This document shows, piece by piece, positions 1 to 10,800 of a DNA stretch of 64,000 nt. The stretch lies in NCBI RefSeq assembly GCF_964188315.1, contig NC_135667.1, forward strand, positions 26,536,001 through 26,600,000, given 5' to 3'. The position numbers and the translations under genes were made by a program. Position 1 is the first letter of the stretch. Each line of letters opens with the position of its first letter. The stretch is from Podarcis muralis (lineage: Eukaryota). The notes below the pieces were generated by a model. That model was given only the letters and a program-made list of their open reading frames with translations. It was not told where the DNA came from and did no database searches.

Positions 1-2856
1 GTCGTGTCCGACTCTTCGTGACCCCATGGACCAGAGCACGCCAGGCACCTCTGTCCTCTACTACTTCCCGCAGTTTGGTCAAACTCATGCTGGTAACCTC
101 GAAAACACTATCCAACCATCTCGTCCTCTATCGCCCCCTTCTCCTTGTGCCCTCCATCTTTCCCAGCGTCAGTGTCTTCTCCAGGGAGTCTTCTCTTCTC
201 ATGAGGTGGCCAAAGTACTGGAGCCTCAGCTTCACGATCTGTCCTTCCAGTGAGCACTCAGGGCTGATTTCCTTAAGAATGGATGCGTTTGATCTTCTTG
301 CAGTCCATGGGACTCTCAAGAGTCTTCTCCAGCACCATAATTCAAAAGCATCAATTCTTCGGCGATCAGCCTTCTTTATGGTCCAGCTCTCACTTCCATA
401 CATCACTACTGGGAAAACCATGGCTTTAACTATACGGACCTTTGTTGGCAAGGTGACGTCTCTACTTCTCAAGATGCTGTCTAGGCCTGTCATTGCCCTT
501 CTCCCAAGAAGCAGGCGTCTTTTAATTTCGTGGCTGCTGTCACCATCCATCTACAGTGATCATGGAGCCCAAGAAAGTAAAATCTCTCACTGCCTCCATT
601 TCTTCCCCTTCTATTTGCCAGGAGGTGATGGGACCAGTGGCCATGATCTTCGTTTTTTTGATGTTGAGCTTCAGACCATATTTTGCGCTCTCCTCTTTCA
701 CCCTCATTAAAAGGTTCTTTAATTCCTCCTCACTTTCTGCCATCAAGGTTGTGTCATCTGCATATCTGAGGTTGTTGATATTTCTTCCGGCAATCTTAAT
801 TCCATCTTGGGATTCATCCAGCCCAGCCTTTCGCATGATGTATTCTGCATATAAATTAAATAAGCAGGGAGACAAAATACAGCCTTGTCGTACTCCTTTC
901 CCAATTTTGAACCAATCAGTTGTTCCATATCCAGTTCTAACTGTAGCTTCTTGACCCACATAGAGATTTCTCAGGAGACAGATGAGGTGAACAGGCACTC
1001 CCATTTCTTTAAGAACTTGCCATAGTTTGCTGTGGTCGACACAGTCAAAGGCTTTTGCATAGTCAATGAAGCAGAAGTAGATGTCTTTCTGGAACTCCCT
1101 AGCTTTCTCCATAATCCAGCGCATGTTTGCAATTTGGTCTCTGGTTCCTCTGCCTCTTCTAAATCCAGCTTGCACTTCTGGGAGTTCTCGATCCACATAC
1201 TGCTTGAGCCTTCCTTGTAGAATTTTAAGCATAACCTTGCTAGCGTGTGAAATGAGTGCAATTGTGCGGTAGTTGGAGCATTCTTTGGCACTGCCCTTCT
1301 TTGGGACTGGGATGTAGACTGATCTTCTCCAATCTTCTGGCCACTGCTGAGTTTTCCAAATTTGCTGGCATATTGAGTGTAGCACCTTAACAGCATCATC
1401 TTTTAAAATTTTAAATAGTTCAGCTGGAATACCATCACTTCCACTGGCCTTGTTATTTGCAGTGCTTTCTAAGGCCCATTTGACTTCACTCTCCAGGATG
1501 TCTGGCTCAAGGTCAGCAACCACACTACCTGGGGTGTACGAGACATCCATATCTTTCTGGTATAATTCCTCTGTGTATTCTTGCCACCTCTTCTTGATGT
1601 CTTCTGCTTCTGTTAGGTCCTTACCACTTTTGTCCTTTATTATGGTAATCTTTGTACGAAATGTTCCTTTCATATCTCCAATTTTCTTGAACAGATCTCT
1701 GGTTCTTCCCATTCTGTTGTTTTCCTCTATTTGTTTGCATTGCTCGTTTAAGAAGGCCTTCTTGTCTCTCCTTGCTATTCTTTGGAAATCTGCATTCAAT
1801 TTCCTGTATCTTTCACTATCTCCCTCGCATTTTGCTTGCCTTCTCTCCCCCGCTATTTGTAAGGCCTCGTTGGACAGCCACTTTGCTTTCTTGCATTTCC
1901 TTTTCTTTGGGATGGTTTTCGTTGCTGCCTCCTGTATAATGTTACGAGCCTCCATCCATAGTTCTTCAGGCACTCTGTCCACCAAATCTAAATCCTTAAA
2001 CCTGTTCGTCACTTCCACTGTGTATTCATAAGGGATTTGACTTAGATTGTATCTTACCGGCCCAGTGGTTTTTCCTACTTTCTTCAGTTTAAGCTTGAAT
2101 TTTGCTATAAGAAGCTGATGATCTGAGCCACAGTCAGCTCCAGGTCTTGTTTTTGCTGACTGTATAGAGCTTCTCCATCATTGGCTGCAGAAAATATAAT
2201 CAATCTGATTTCGATGCTGCCCATCTGGTGATGTCCATGTGTAGAGTCGTCTCTTGTGTTGTTGGAAAAGCGTGTTTGTGATGACCAGCTTGTTCTCTTG
2301 ACAGAACTCTATTAGCCTTTGCCCTGCTTCGTTTTGATCTCCAAGGCCAAACTTGCCAGTTGTTCCTTTTATCTCTTGCCTCCCTACTTTAGCATTCCAA
2401 TCCCCTATAATGAGAAGAACATCCTTCTTTGGTGTCACTTCTATAAGGTGTTCTAAGTCTTCATAGAATTGGTCAATTTCAGTTTCTTCAGCACCAGTAG
2501 TTGGTGCATAAACTTGGATTACTGTGATGTTAAAAGGTCTGCCTTGGATTCGTATCGAGATCATTCTATCGTTTTTGAGATTGCATCCCAGTACAGCTTT
2601 CGCCACTCTTTTGTTGACTATGAGGGCCACTCCATTTCTTTTACAGGTTTCTTGCCCACAGTAGTAGATGTGATGGTCATCTGAACTGAATTCGCCCATT
2701 CCCGTCCATTTTAGTTCACTGATGCCCAGGATGTCAATATTTATTCTTGCCATCTCATTTTTGACCACCTCCAACTTACCCAGGTTCATGGTTCTTACAT
2801 TCCAGGTTCCTATGCAATATTTTTCTTTGCAGCATTGGACTTTCCTTTCGCTTCCA
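1..2856 (-). mobile_element. RTE-BovB LINE, near full length, slightly 5'-truncated, two disabling lesions
   Basis: Minus-strand ORFs give APE endonuclease (GTWNVR, LGISE, GDWNAKVG, IDYI), RT (FIDYAKAFD, GVRQG, LRYADD) and the BovB C-terminus. Nonsense TGA at 2178-2180; ORFs 2178-3230 and 540-2018 are in the same frame. A 4-bp CATC duplication near 545-552 causes a frameshift. The 3' tail runs off the window start. Confidence 0.95.
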
Positions 2857-2964
2857 CGGGTTAGGGGGCGCAAATTACTTGCCTTGCCACGGGTGCATCC
2901 ACGGGTTAGGGGGCGCAACTTACTTGCCTTGCCCCGGGTGCTGACAACCCACGCTACGCCACTG
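2853..2964 (-). mobile_element. Terminus of a GC-rich non-autonomous DNA element (CAGTGGCGTAGC end) with a 45-bp tandem duplication, fused to the BovB 5' end
   Basis: Minus strand starts CAGTGGCGTAGCGTGGG at 2964; 45-bp unit repeated at 2853 and 2898. Family assignment uncertain. Confidence 0.45.
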
Positions 2965-3648
2965 CACCCTACTGGCCCTGTTTCACACTGGCTGAAATGT
3001 GTCCTTGAATTCTGATAATGCCTCTTGCTTGCCAAGATGGATAATACAAAGGGGGGGTGCGCGGGCGGGCGGGCACGCACACACACACACACACACAGAA
3101 AGTATCCTACTGTACACAGGAAAAACTCACATTCCTTGTTCCACCCACATTGGCCTCTAGACCCACCCACAATTGGCATACAGGGCCTAATAGTTGCCCA
3201 GAAGGGAAGGTGGCCCTTGCCTAAAAACATTTACCCACTCCTGATCAAACCAAATACTACCTATTTTGACAGTTACTTTTCCAGGTTTCAATTAGGAGTC
3301 TTTCCCTTCCTCTGTTCTGTTTATCTAGAAATGGCAAACAATGAGCCTGGAAATACAGTATAAGGCAGGTGCTTTCTCACTGAAGTGCAATTCCTCCCAC
3401 AATTCTTTCCGAGACTTTACTGGATCTGTTTATCAGAGCAGAAGTCAGAATTCTGAAAGCTTGGATTCATCAGGAGATATAGATCAAGGGGAATGAATTC
3501 AGTTCAATTAGCTGTGAACCAGCTGTAGATTTGGTTGCCCTGTATTGGTTGGGCCACCATCAGAAGCCCTTTGTTTTGCTTTTTCTCCAAGTTGCTCCTT
3601 GCAATGAATTAATTTTCATTGCTTTGTATATGTTGTTTTCTCTGACAG

Positions 3649-3746
3649 TTGCCGGCTGTGAGAGAGCAAAAGAATTATGCCATCGGATTGCAGAAACACA
3701 CCTGTTCCACCCTGAAAGAGTTTGGGAAAAGATCCCTGAGGTTTCA
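3649..3746 (+). CDS. Albumin-family exon 6
   Basis: ctgacag acceptor, GTGAGT donor, 98 bp; LPAVREQKNYAIGLQKHTCSTLKEFGKRSLRF. Confidence 0.9.
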
Positions 3747-4851
3747 GTGAGTCTGGGTGCTTTCTCTTTTTGGGGGGATGGTGGTGTGACATTAGCTACA
3801 TGGATGATCAAGTATTCTTGAGAATTACAGGAACCTTTGAGCACAAATTAAACTTTTTCAGGTATCAGAAACAATTTCCCAAATGAGGCTCATTTAGATA
3901 TATCTCCCTGCTCAGCATCTCTTTTACACAGCAGTTTCATGGAAGGCCTACCTGGGTGGTGAGATGCTCATAGAATTGTAGCATTGGGAAAAAGCAAAAT
4001 GCATTTTATTTAACACACACAAAACATATTGCCAGGTACTGCAATTAAAACCATGAGGTGCTATAAGAAGAGAGCAGAGGCATCTGGTCACATCTACCCC
4101 ATTTATTTAAGGCACACTGAAAGCATGTTGCTTCCCCCACAAAGAACTACAGAAATATTGGATCAGAAAAGAGCAAAACAACAAAAAACAAAACCCCTAT
4201 ATTTAACATTCCCCACAGGAATTTGGATTGTGGTGTGCTACTGAAAGGTGCCTGGGGATGTAAAGAATTATAGTTCTGATGTTTCAGGCAGCAAAGTCAA
4301 TTCACATGTTTTAAACCCTCTTAGGTTTTGTTTTCTCTTTATTTGTTTATCACGTTTGCATCAACATTTGGTTTATTAGATTGTGATTCAGCCATTCAAA
4401 CGTAAATGTAGCCAGTGATATAAATAGTGTCATGTGTACACTTTGGTTAAAGGATAACAATCCCCAATGGCATTCCAGGATCCGGATTGAGAATTAGGCA
4501 GCTATTCCAAAATTTCCATAGTATGGTTTGCTTTCTGCTAGTGGTAAAAAAAAAAAAAAGTGTAATGTGTCATGTATGACACTGAAAATGACCAGGAGTA
4601 AAGTTCTTGGGCCCTGGCATTGTCTACTCACATTAACCAATAAGTGATAAAAACTTTCTTTCCAGAAAAAAGCTGTGATTATCAGGGCACTGAATTAAGC
4701 AGCCGGTGCCAATTTCTGCAGCTTTTATCTGCTTGTATGAAATAGAAGGAAAGAAACATGAAGCCTTGAATGCAACTGTTCAGAAGTGTGGTACTGTAGG
4801 TATATAGTGGACTACAGGACACAATATGAATAAACTGCCAGTGTTGCTGGG

Positions 4852-4895
<44 letters not shown>

Positions 4896-7800
4896 ATCTG
4901 TCTTGAAACAATCTCAACATTTTGTTTGCTTTCTTTCCAGGGAAGTTGCTGACCTGAGCCGGAAATTCCCAAAGACAGATTTTCCTATCATTCTCAAGAT
5001 TGTTGGTGACATTGTACACATCCATGAAGTGTTCTGCAAGGGTGATACTCTGGAGTATTTCCTTGATGTTGTAAGTTTTGTTAATTTTAATGTAACTTAC
5101 TTCAAACCAAGAATAACATGGATGTTTGCATTGTCTAGTCATAATCTCCAGATTGGCCCAAAGCCTTATGGGAAGAATTCTGGCCAGGGAGCAAATTGGG
5201 GGCTTTGCATAGCCTTAGTTAAATGACTTTGAGCTGTGAAGAACGGAGGCCTCACAGAATACAAAAGTGTTCTCTGGTGAAAACACCATGAGTCTCAAAC
5301 AAGATCCTGGTGGGGCTCTCCCTTGCTTTCTTCAATACTACACTGGTTGTTTGACAGAAGATGGAGCTGCTGACCTACTCCTTGCTTCACTTCACTTAAC
5401 AGTGCTCTAATTGGCTAAAGAATACTATTGCTTCTTCTACCTCAGCTGGGGTCAGGTGGCACCAGGGGCAAATCGGATTCCATTTGAGTGTATAAAGCTG
5501 TGGACTCTGGCCTATTTTGCTAATGCGAGCATTTCAGTGATCAGGCACACCAAGCTGCTCTTTGTCTGTCAGCTTGAAAGATCCTGCCTTAAAATAACTA
5601 CCGTATTTTTTGCTCCATAAGACACACTTTTTCCCTCCTAAAAAGTAAGGGGAAATGTGTGTTCGTCTTATGGAGCGAATGCAGGCGGGAGGCAGGCAGG
5701 AAAAGCCCCCAAGAGCCGCACACATGCTCCGCATGGCTCTTGCGGGCTTTTCACCGAGGAGGGAGAAGGGCAGCCCGTCACTGACTGGCTGTCCTTCTCC
5801 GACCTCGTAGGAAAGCCCCCAAAAGCTGTGCACTCTTTAAAGGGAGTGGGGCTCTTGGGGGCTTTTGTGGGAGATGGGGGAAGGGACAGAGGGCAGCCCC
5901 TCAGTCCCTTTCACGAGCCGCGAGGAGCGTGTGTGCAGCTCTTGGGGACTTCTCCCTCCTGGGGAAAATCCTGCAAGCGCCACACACACGCTCCACACGG
6001 CTCATGAAAGGGAGTGCTGAGCAGAGCCCGGGATGCATACAGGCTCTGCTCAGTGCTGCCTTTAAAAATATTTCTTTTCTTGCATTCCCCCTCTAAAAAA
6101 TAGGTGCATCTTATGGAGCGAAAAATACGGCAGTTATTTCTGAGCCTTTTTTTCTTACAGGCAGATTTGACAGAGTATATCTGTACCCATCAAGACACTA
6201 TATCTACTAAAGTGAAGGACTGCTGTGACAGGGAACTGCTGGATCGAGAAGAATGTCTCATAAATGCGGAAAATGATGACAAACCTGCTGATTTGACTCC
6301 CACTTTCAAGGAGTTTGGGGTTAAGGAAGTGTGCCAAAATTTCACGGAGAACAAGGCTACTCTTCTAGAAAAGTATGGTATAGAGAATTCAGATTGGTCT
6401 CAATCCTAACTCTGTAAACTCAGTTGCCAAGCATACTGAGGGCAAGAAGAACGCATGTGGTATCAGAGGGGAAAGAGGAAACGTAACTTCATTATCATGT
6501 GATGGATACTTTGTAACCTACAATTAAAAACCAATCTGATTGCTTCCCATGATTCCCCCCCCCCTCTGAGGAGAGGGTAAAGTTTTTTTAAAATTAAAAA
6601 AAACTACCTTGAACAGCTAGGTGCACAGTTCCTGCTGTGCTCTATCCAAATAGGGCAAGAAGAATGTTCCTGGAAGTGACACCATGTGATCATGTAGCAT
6701 TATTTTCAGAGCAATTCTGCAGGGGAAGTAATGGCTGCCCCATGCAATGGTGCCAACTTGGGCCCCAGACTGTGGTTGCCCTGTGTAGGGGCAGTGGATC
6801 CCAACAGGGGCCTTTCCCAGTTGCTGCCACAGCCCTGGAGTGCCAGAGGTAAGCCAGTGGGCAGCGATGGCAGGCAGCACACGGTGGTGGGCAGCAGCCA
6901 GTGGCAGCTGGTAGTGGAGGCCAGGTACCCACAGCAAAATTTTTGTGAGTGCCCAGGCCCCCAGGGCCCTCTGGAGATGGCACCAGTGACTCCAAGGGTC
7001 TACAAGAGACAGCCAACCCCCTGTCCTCATACAGTGTACCTAAAAACCATGCTACCTTATCACTTTGCAACAATTCCTCACTTTTGTGGAGATGGATGCT
7101 CAAAGTCTAGTCCTGATTTTAATTTGCAGCCCTTGAACCTGGTTTTAGTTTGCAACTCTCCTGCGGCTGCAATATTGAAGTTATATTGATAAACAAACAA
7201 ACAGCAGCAATAAAATTTAAATACCCAACTTACAGCGTTTGCCTAATGAATTGCTAAGTTGACGTATTCGAAGTACTTTCAACACTTTCTACGTGTATTA
7301 CTATTATTGTTGTAGATAACACAACATCATAATCACCATGCATTCTTCCCTGTGTTCCAGGTTTGTTTATGAGACTGGAAGGAGAAACCCTGTGTTTTCT
7401 AAGCAGCTGCTGTTGAAAGTTGGCAGTAAATATGAGGGTTTGTTGGAAAAGTGCTGTGAAACTGAGCATCCTGAAGAGTGCTTTCATCAAGGGGTGAGTT
7501 ATGTGTCATCTTCATGTAATTAATAGCTTCATTTGAAAATAAATAAAGCCATGTGTTAATTCCAGTGAACAAACAGATCCAAGTCCCAGATCTTTTTGTT
7601 CACTGGAACTGACACATGGAGGGTTGTTATTATTGTTATTATTATTTTAGAACTGAAGCTTTTATGCAGCTGAAGCTACCATTCCCTATTAAAAGTGGTC
7701 ACCTTAAATGACTCATAACGTGCACACATTTAACTTGTGTGCATTCAGCTTTACATGCTTGGCAAATTACACACACACACACGTGGTGGAAAGAGGACAG

Positions 7801-10800
7801 GCATCTGGGGGGGAAAGACTTTGACAATCACATCTGCCATTGAACCCAGTGTGTTTTGACTGTATGAGATTTCGGTTTTAGGCACTTTTCCAAATATTTA
7901 ATAGCAGTTATATTTTCCTTTAGGAAGGAGAGCTAAGACAATACGCTGACAATACCCTGGAAACACTTAAGATGCGCTGCAATCTGTATGAGAAAGCAGG
8001 AGACCACGGCTTCCAAAATGAGTATGCTCTATCCTTTTCAGATTATAGCTTGTGAATAGGGGTCAATTTAGTTGGGCTAATTTAGTTTTAGATAACCTCT
8101 TTGTAGAGACAGAATGCAGAGGATGGATACTTTTATTAGAAGCAATAAAGAATAGCTTTAGAGTTCTTGAGAACAATTCATGTGGATGGATGTTAACCCA
8201 AAAGATGTGGGGTGGGAAGGAGAATATGGGCATGATGTATGAGGCACAAAGTCTATAGCTGGTGTATCTTGACACTAGGATGGTGTGGAATTTAAGCAGA
8301 CCTAATTAGAGGAATCTATGCTACGCAGAAACTGAAACGAGTCTGAAATAAAATCTGTTGGCACAAAGAAACAACAATTGCTGCCTCCTACTCCCATTTT
8401 GAAGGAAAGGGGGGGGGGAAACAGTGGTTAACTGTGTTTTGTCTGCATATGCAACATCAGCTAAGTTATATGAACTTCCAGCAGCGGTGTATCAAATCCA
8501 GGATAGTGATTAATTTGTTTGTTTGCATAGGCACACAATACTTTGTCGAGATGGGGAGAACTCTTAAATTGAAGCTCCAATGGTCCCAACAGTGCAGCCC
8601 TAAAAGTGACTTCACTTGTTCCAATAACCTGTCAACTTGTGGAAGACTGCAGTTTTCTGAGTCCTTGAGCATTACTGCAAACCCCCACCCCTGACAAGGG
8701 TTGCATCCCAAATTCTCATTGACTAAAATCTTCTCGGTTATGGTTCTTTGCAGAGTCCTTGTCCATTATACGAAGAGAGCTCCCGAGATGGCATTTGAAG
8801 AATTGTACCAGTACACAATGAAATTCGCAGGTGTTGTTGCCAAATGCTGTAAGGAGGATGACGCACACATACTGGTGTGTGCTGATGAGAATGTGAGTAT
8901 TTTATCCTCCTTATTGCCCTCTTTCCTACATCCACATTTCTTTCTCTTTCAGCAGGGTTTATTAAATACTATTTTAAATGTAATGCCTTTGAATTGGGCT
9001 CAGATGAAAATAAGCAAACAAATATACAACAACTAATACTAGAATAATTAGAAATGGAGGAGGAATCCATTTAAAATGGATTTTTTTACATGGAATTTGA
9101 CAGTTCTGAATATGTTCTAAAACATATTTCCCATAGTGTAACTTGAATGTGACCTAAAGGACAGGGATGTTTGACAATGGCTTAGATTTGACTTCTCCCG
9201 GTATGTCTACAGCTGACCCACTTACATATATGTTGAATGTTTCTTGGCTGGAGAACCACACCCACCCTTGGGAATCCTCCAGGGTCTGCATTCCTGCAGT
9301 AGGTGTGGCCACCCTGCACACACACCTCTTCCACACAAACATACAGGACAAATAGTACACACACAGGGCACACACAGGGCACACACAGCTCATCTGCTGA
9401 TCAGTAAAGATCAGTTGAGAGCAGATTATATTCCCTGCACATCTGAGAATGGATGAAAGTAGAAATCAGCCCTTGCATTCATATCAAATGCTCAATAGGA
9501 GTAGGAGGAGATCAATTCGATTCCCATTGTGGCAATGTGCTTTTTGAAGAGCTTGAAACCTTTCTGCCCATCCGAGTGCCACAGTGAGGGTGAGAATCAC
9601 TTTATACCCACTGGTGCTCTCCACAGGGCCATGTTGCAGCAGACAGAAAACTGGATGGGTGTCAGGCTTCGGGGAATCAGATCCCTCCCCCCAGTGGCAG
9701 TAAATTACCAGTTAGTTTCTTTAATAATCACAGCAAGAGACAAAGAAATGCATATCTCTCTAGAAATGGCATTGGTCCCAGTAAAGGTTCACCCCCTCCA
9801 TCCCCATTAATCTACGTCACTCCTGTGTCAGGTAATCTGAGCTTGTTGCCAGTGAGCTCTCTGTTCTATCACTCTCAAAGCCCGTCTAGTCTTAGGTGAA
9901 GGGGGGGGGGGTCAAGAATGCTGTCCAAGGACACTGAACCTGCCAGCTGTCTCTCTCCTGGTGTTTCCTCTTCTAGCCGTTCCTCACCCAATATTTCCCA
10001 ACTTTTCCCCTCTGGACTATGCCCCTCTGTCCTCCTGCCCTTGGGAAGGTTCAGGAGAAGGGGGCAGTGGCTCCAACCATTCCTCCTCAGTCCAACCTCT
10101 GGCAATGGGGGATGTTGAGTTACTGAGGAAAGTTTGGTAGCTTGGTAGTTCACCACTGTGTGCTAGCCAAAACTGTGAAAAAGCATTCAAGACCTCAACA
10201 GCCTCTCAACTAGCTTACCATTGTGTATCTGATCCTTCAGTAAGTGTGCTACCTTATCCAGAACAGGCTGACACGCATACCTGGATTGGTTGAAAATATA
10301 GAACTTCAGGTGTGTGTTGTGTGGTCAAGTCTGTTCATTATTGAATTTGTTCTGTAGTTGCCAGTGCAGCTCCATTAGACTCCCCGCCCCCGCCCCCGCC
10401 TTCCCCAATTTCATTGATAATCTTGATCATGGCTATTATTGTCTATCTTCCTATTATTTATATTCACTTGGTATTGTAATTTTATAGAATTGAAATAAAT
10501 TCAGTGCATGTGGCAATATGGGATTGTTCAAGCTTTTAGCATCTCACAAGCACAGTGTCTTCAAAAGTTACATTACTTGCATTCATTGTATTGAAATAGT
10601 GGCTAATTTATGTGGCAAGCAAGTTGCTTTGATCACTCTTCTGTTCATCAAAGGTCAACATATTATCTCTCTTTCTCTAGACAGACCTTTTACTAGGAGA
10701 AGTATGTCAGCGACATGAAGTTAAACCACTAAACAAACAAATGCACAACTGCTGTGAAGATTCCTATGAGTTCCGTCGGGACTGCTTTAGCAATTTAGGA

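Noticed and set aside
704-716. 12/13 match to the OR-enhancer 13-mer
   Set aside because: Lies in BovB coding sequence; shows that near-matches arise by chance, so it tempers the 24007 finding.
18-2031. Plus-strand ORFs of 130-230 aa over 18-2031 (and similar ones at 32279-32613 and 55035-55406)
   Set aside because: Antisense shadows of BovB coding sequence; they recur wherever BovB does.
2857-3230. N-terminal extension of the 350-aa ORF 2178-3230
   Set aside because: Runs through a MITE end, a (CA)n repeat and intron sequence from a non-ATG start; a chance fusion, not a chimeric gene.
3531-3821. 96-aa ORF covering albumin exon 6
   Set aside because: Wrong frame; the albumin-like reading is the phase-0 frame from 3649.
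5660-6060. GC/CpG-rich patches as CpG-island promoters (also 35655-35900)
   Set aside because: Internal parts of MITEs.
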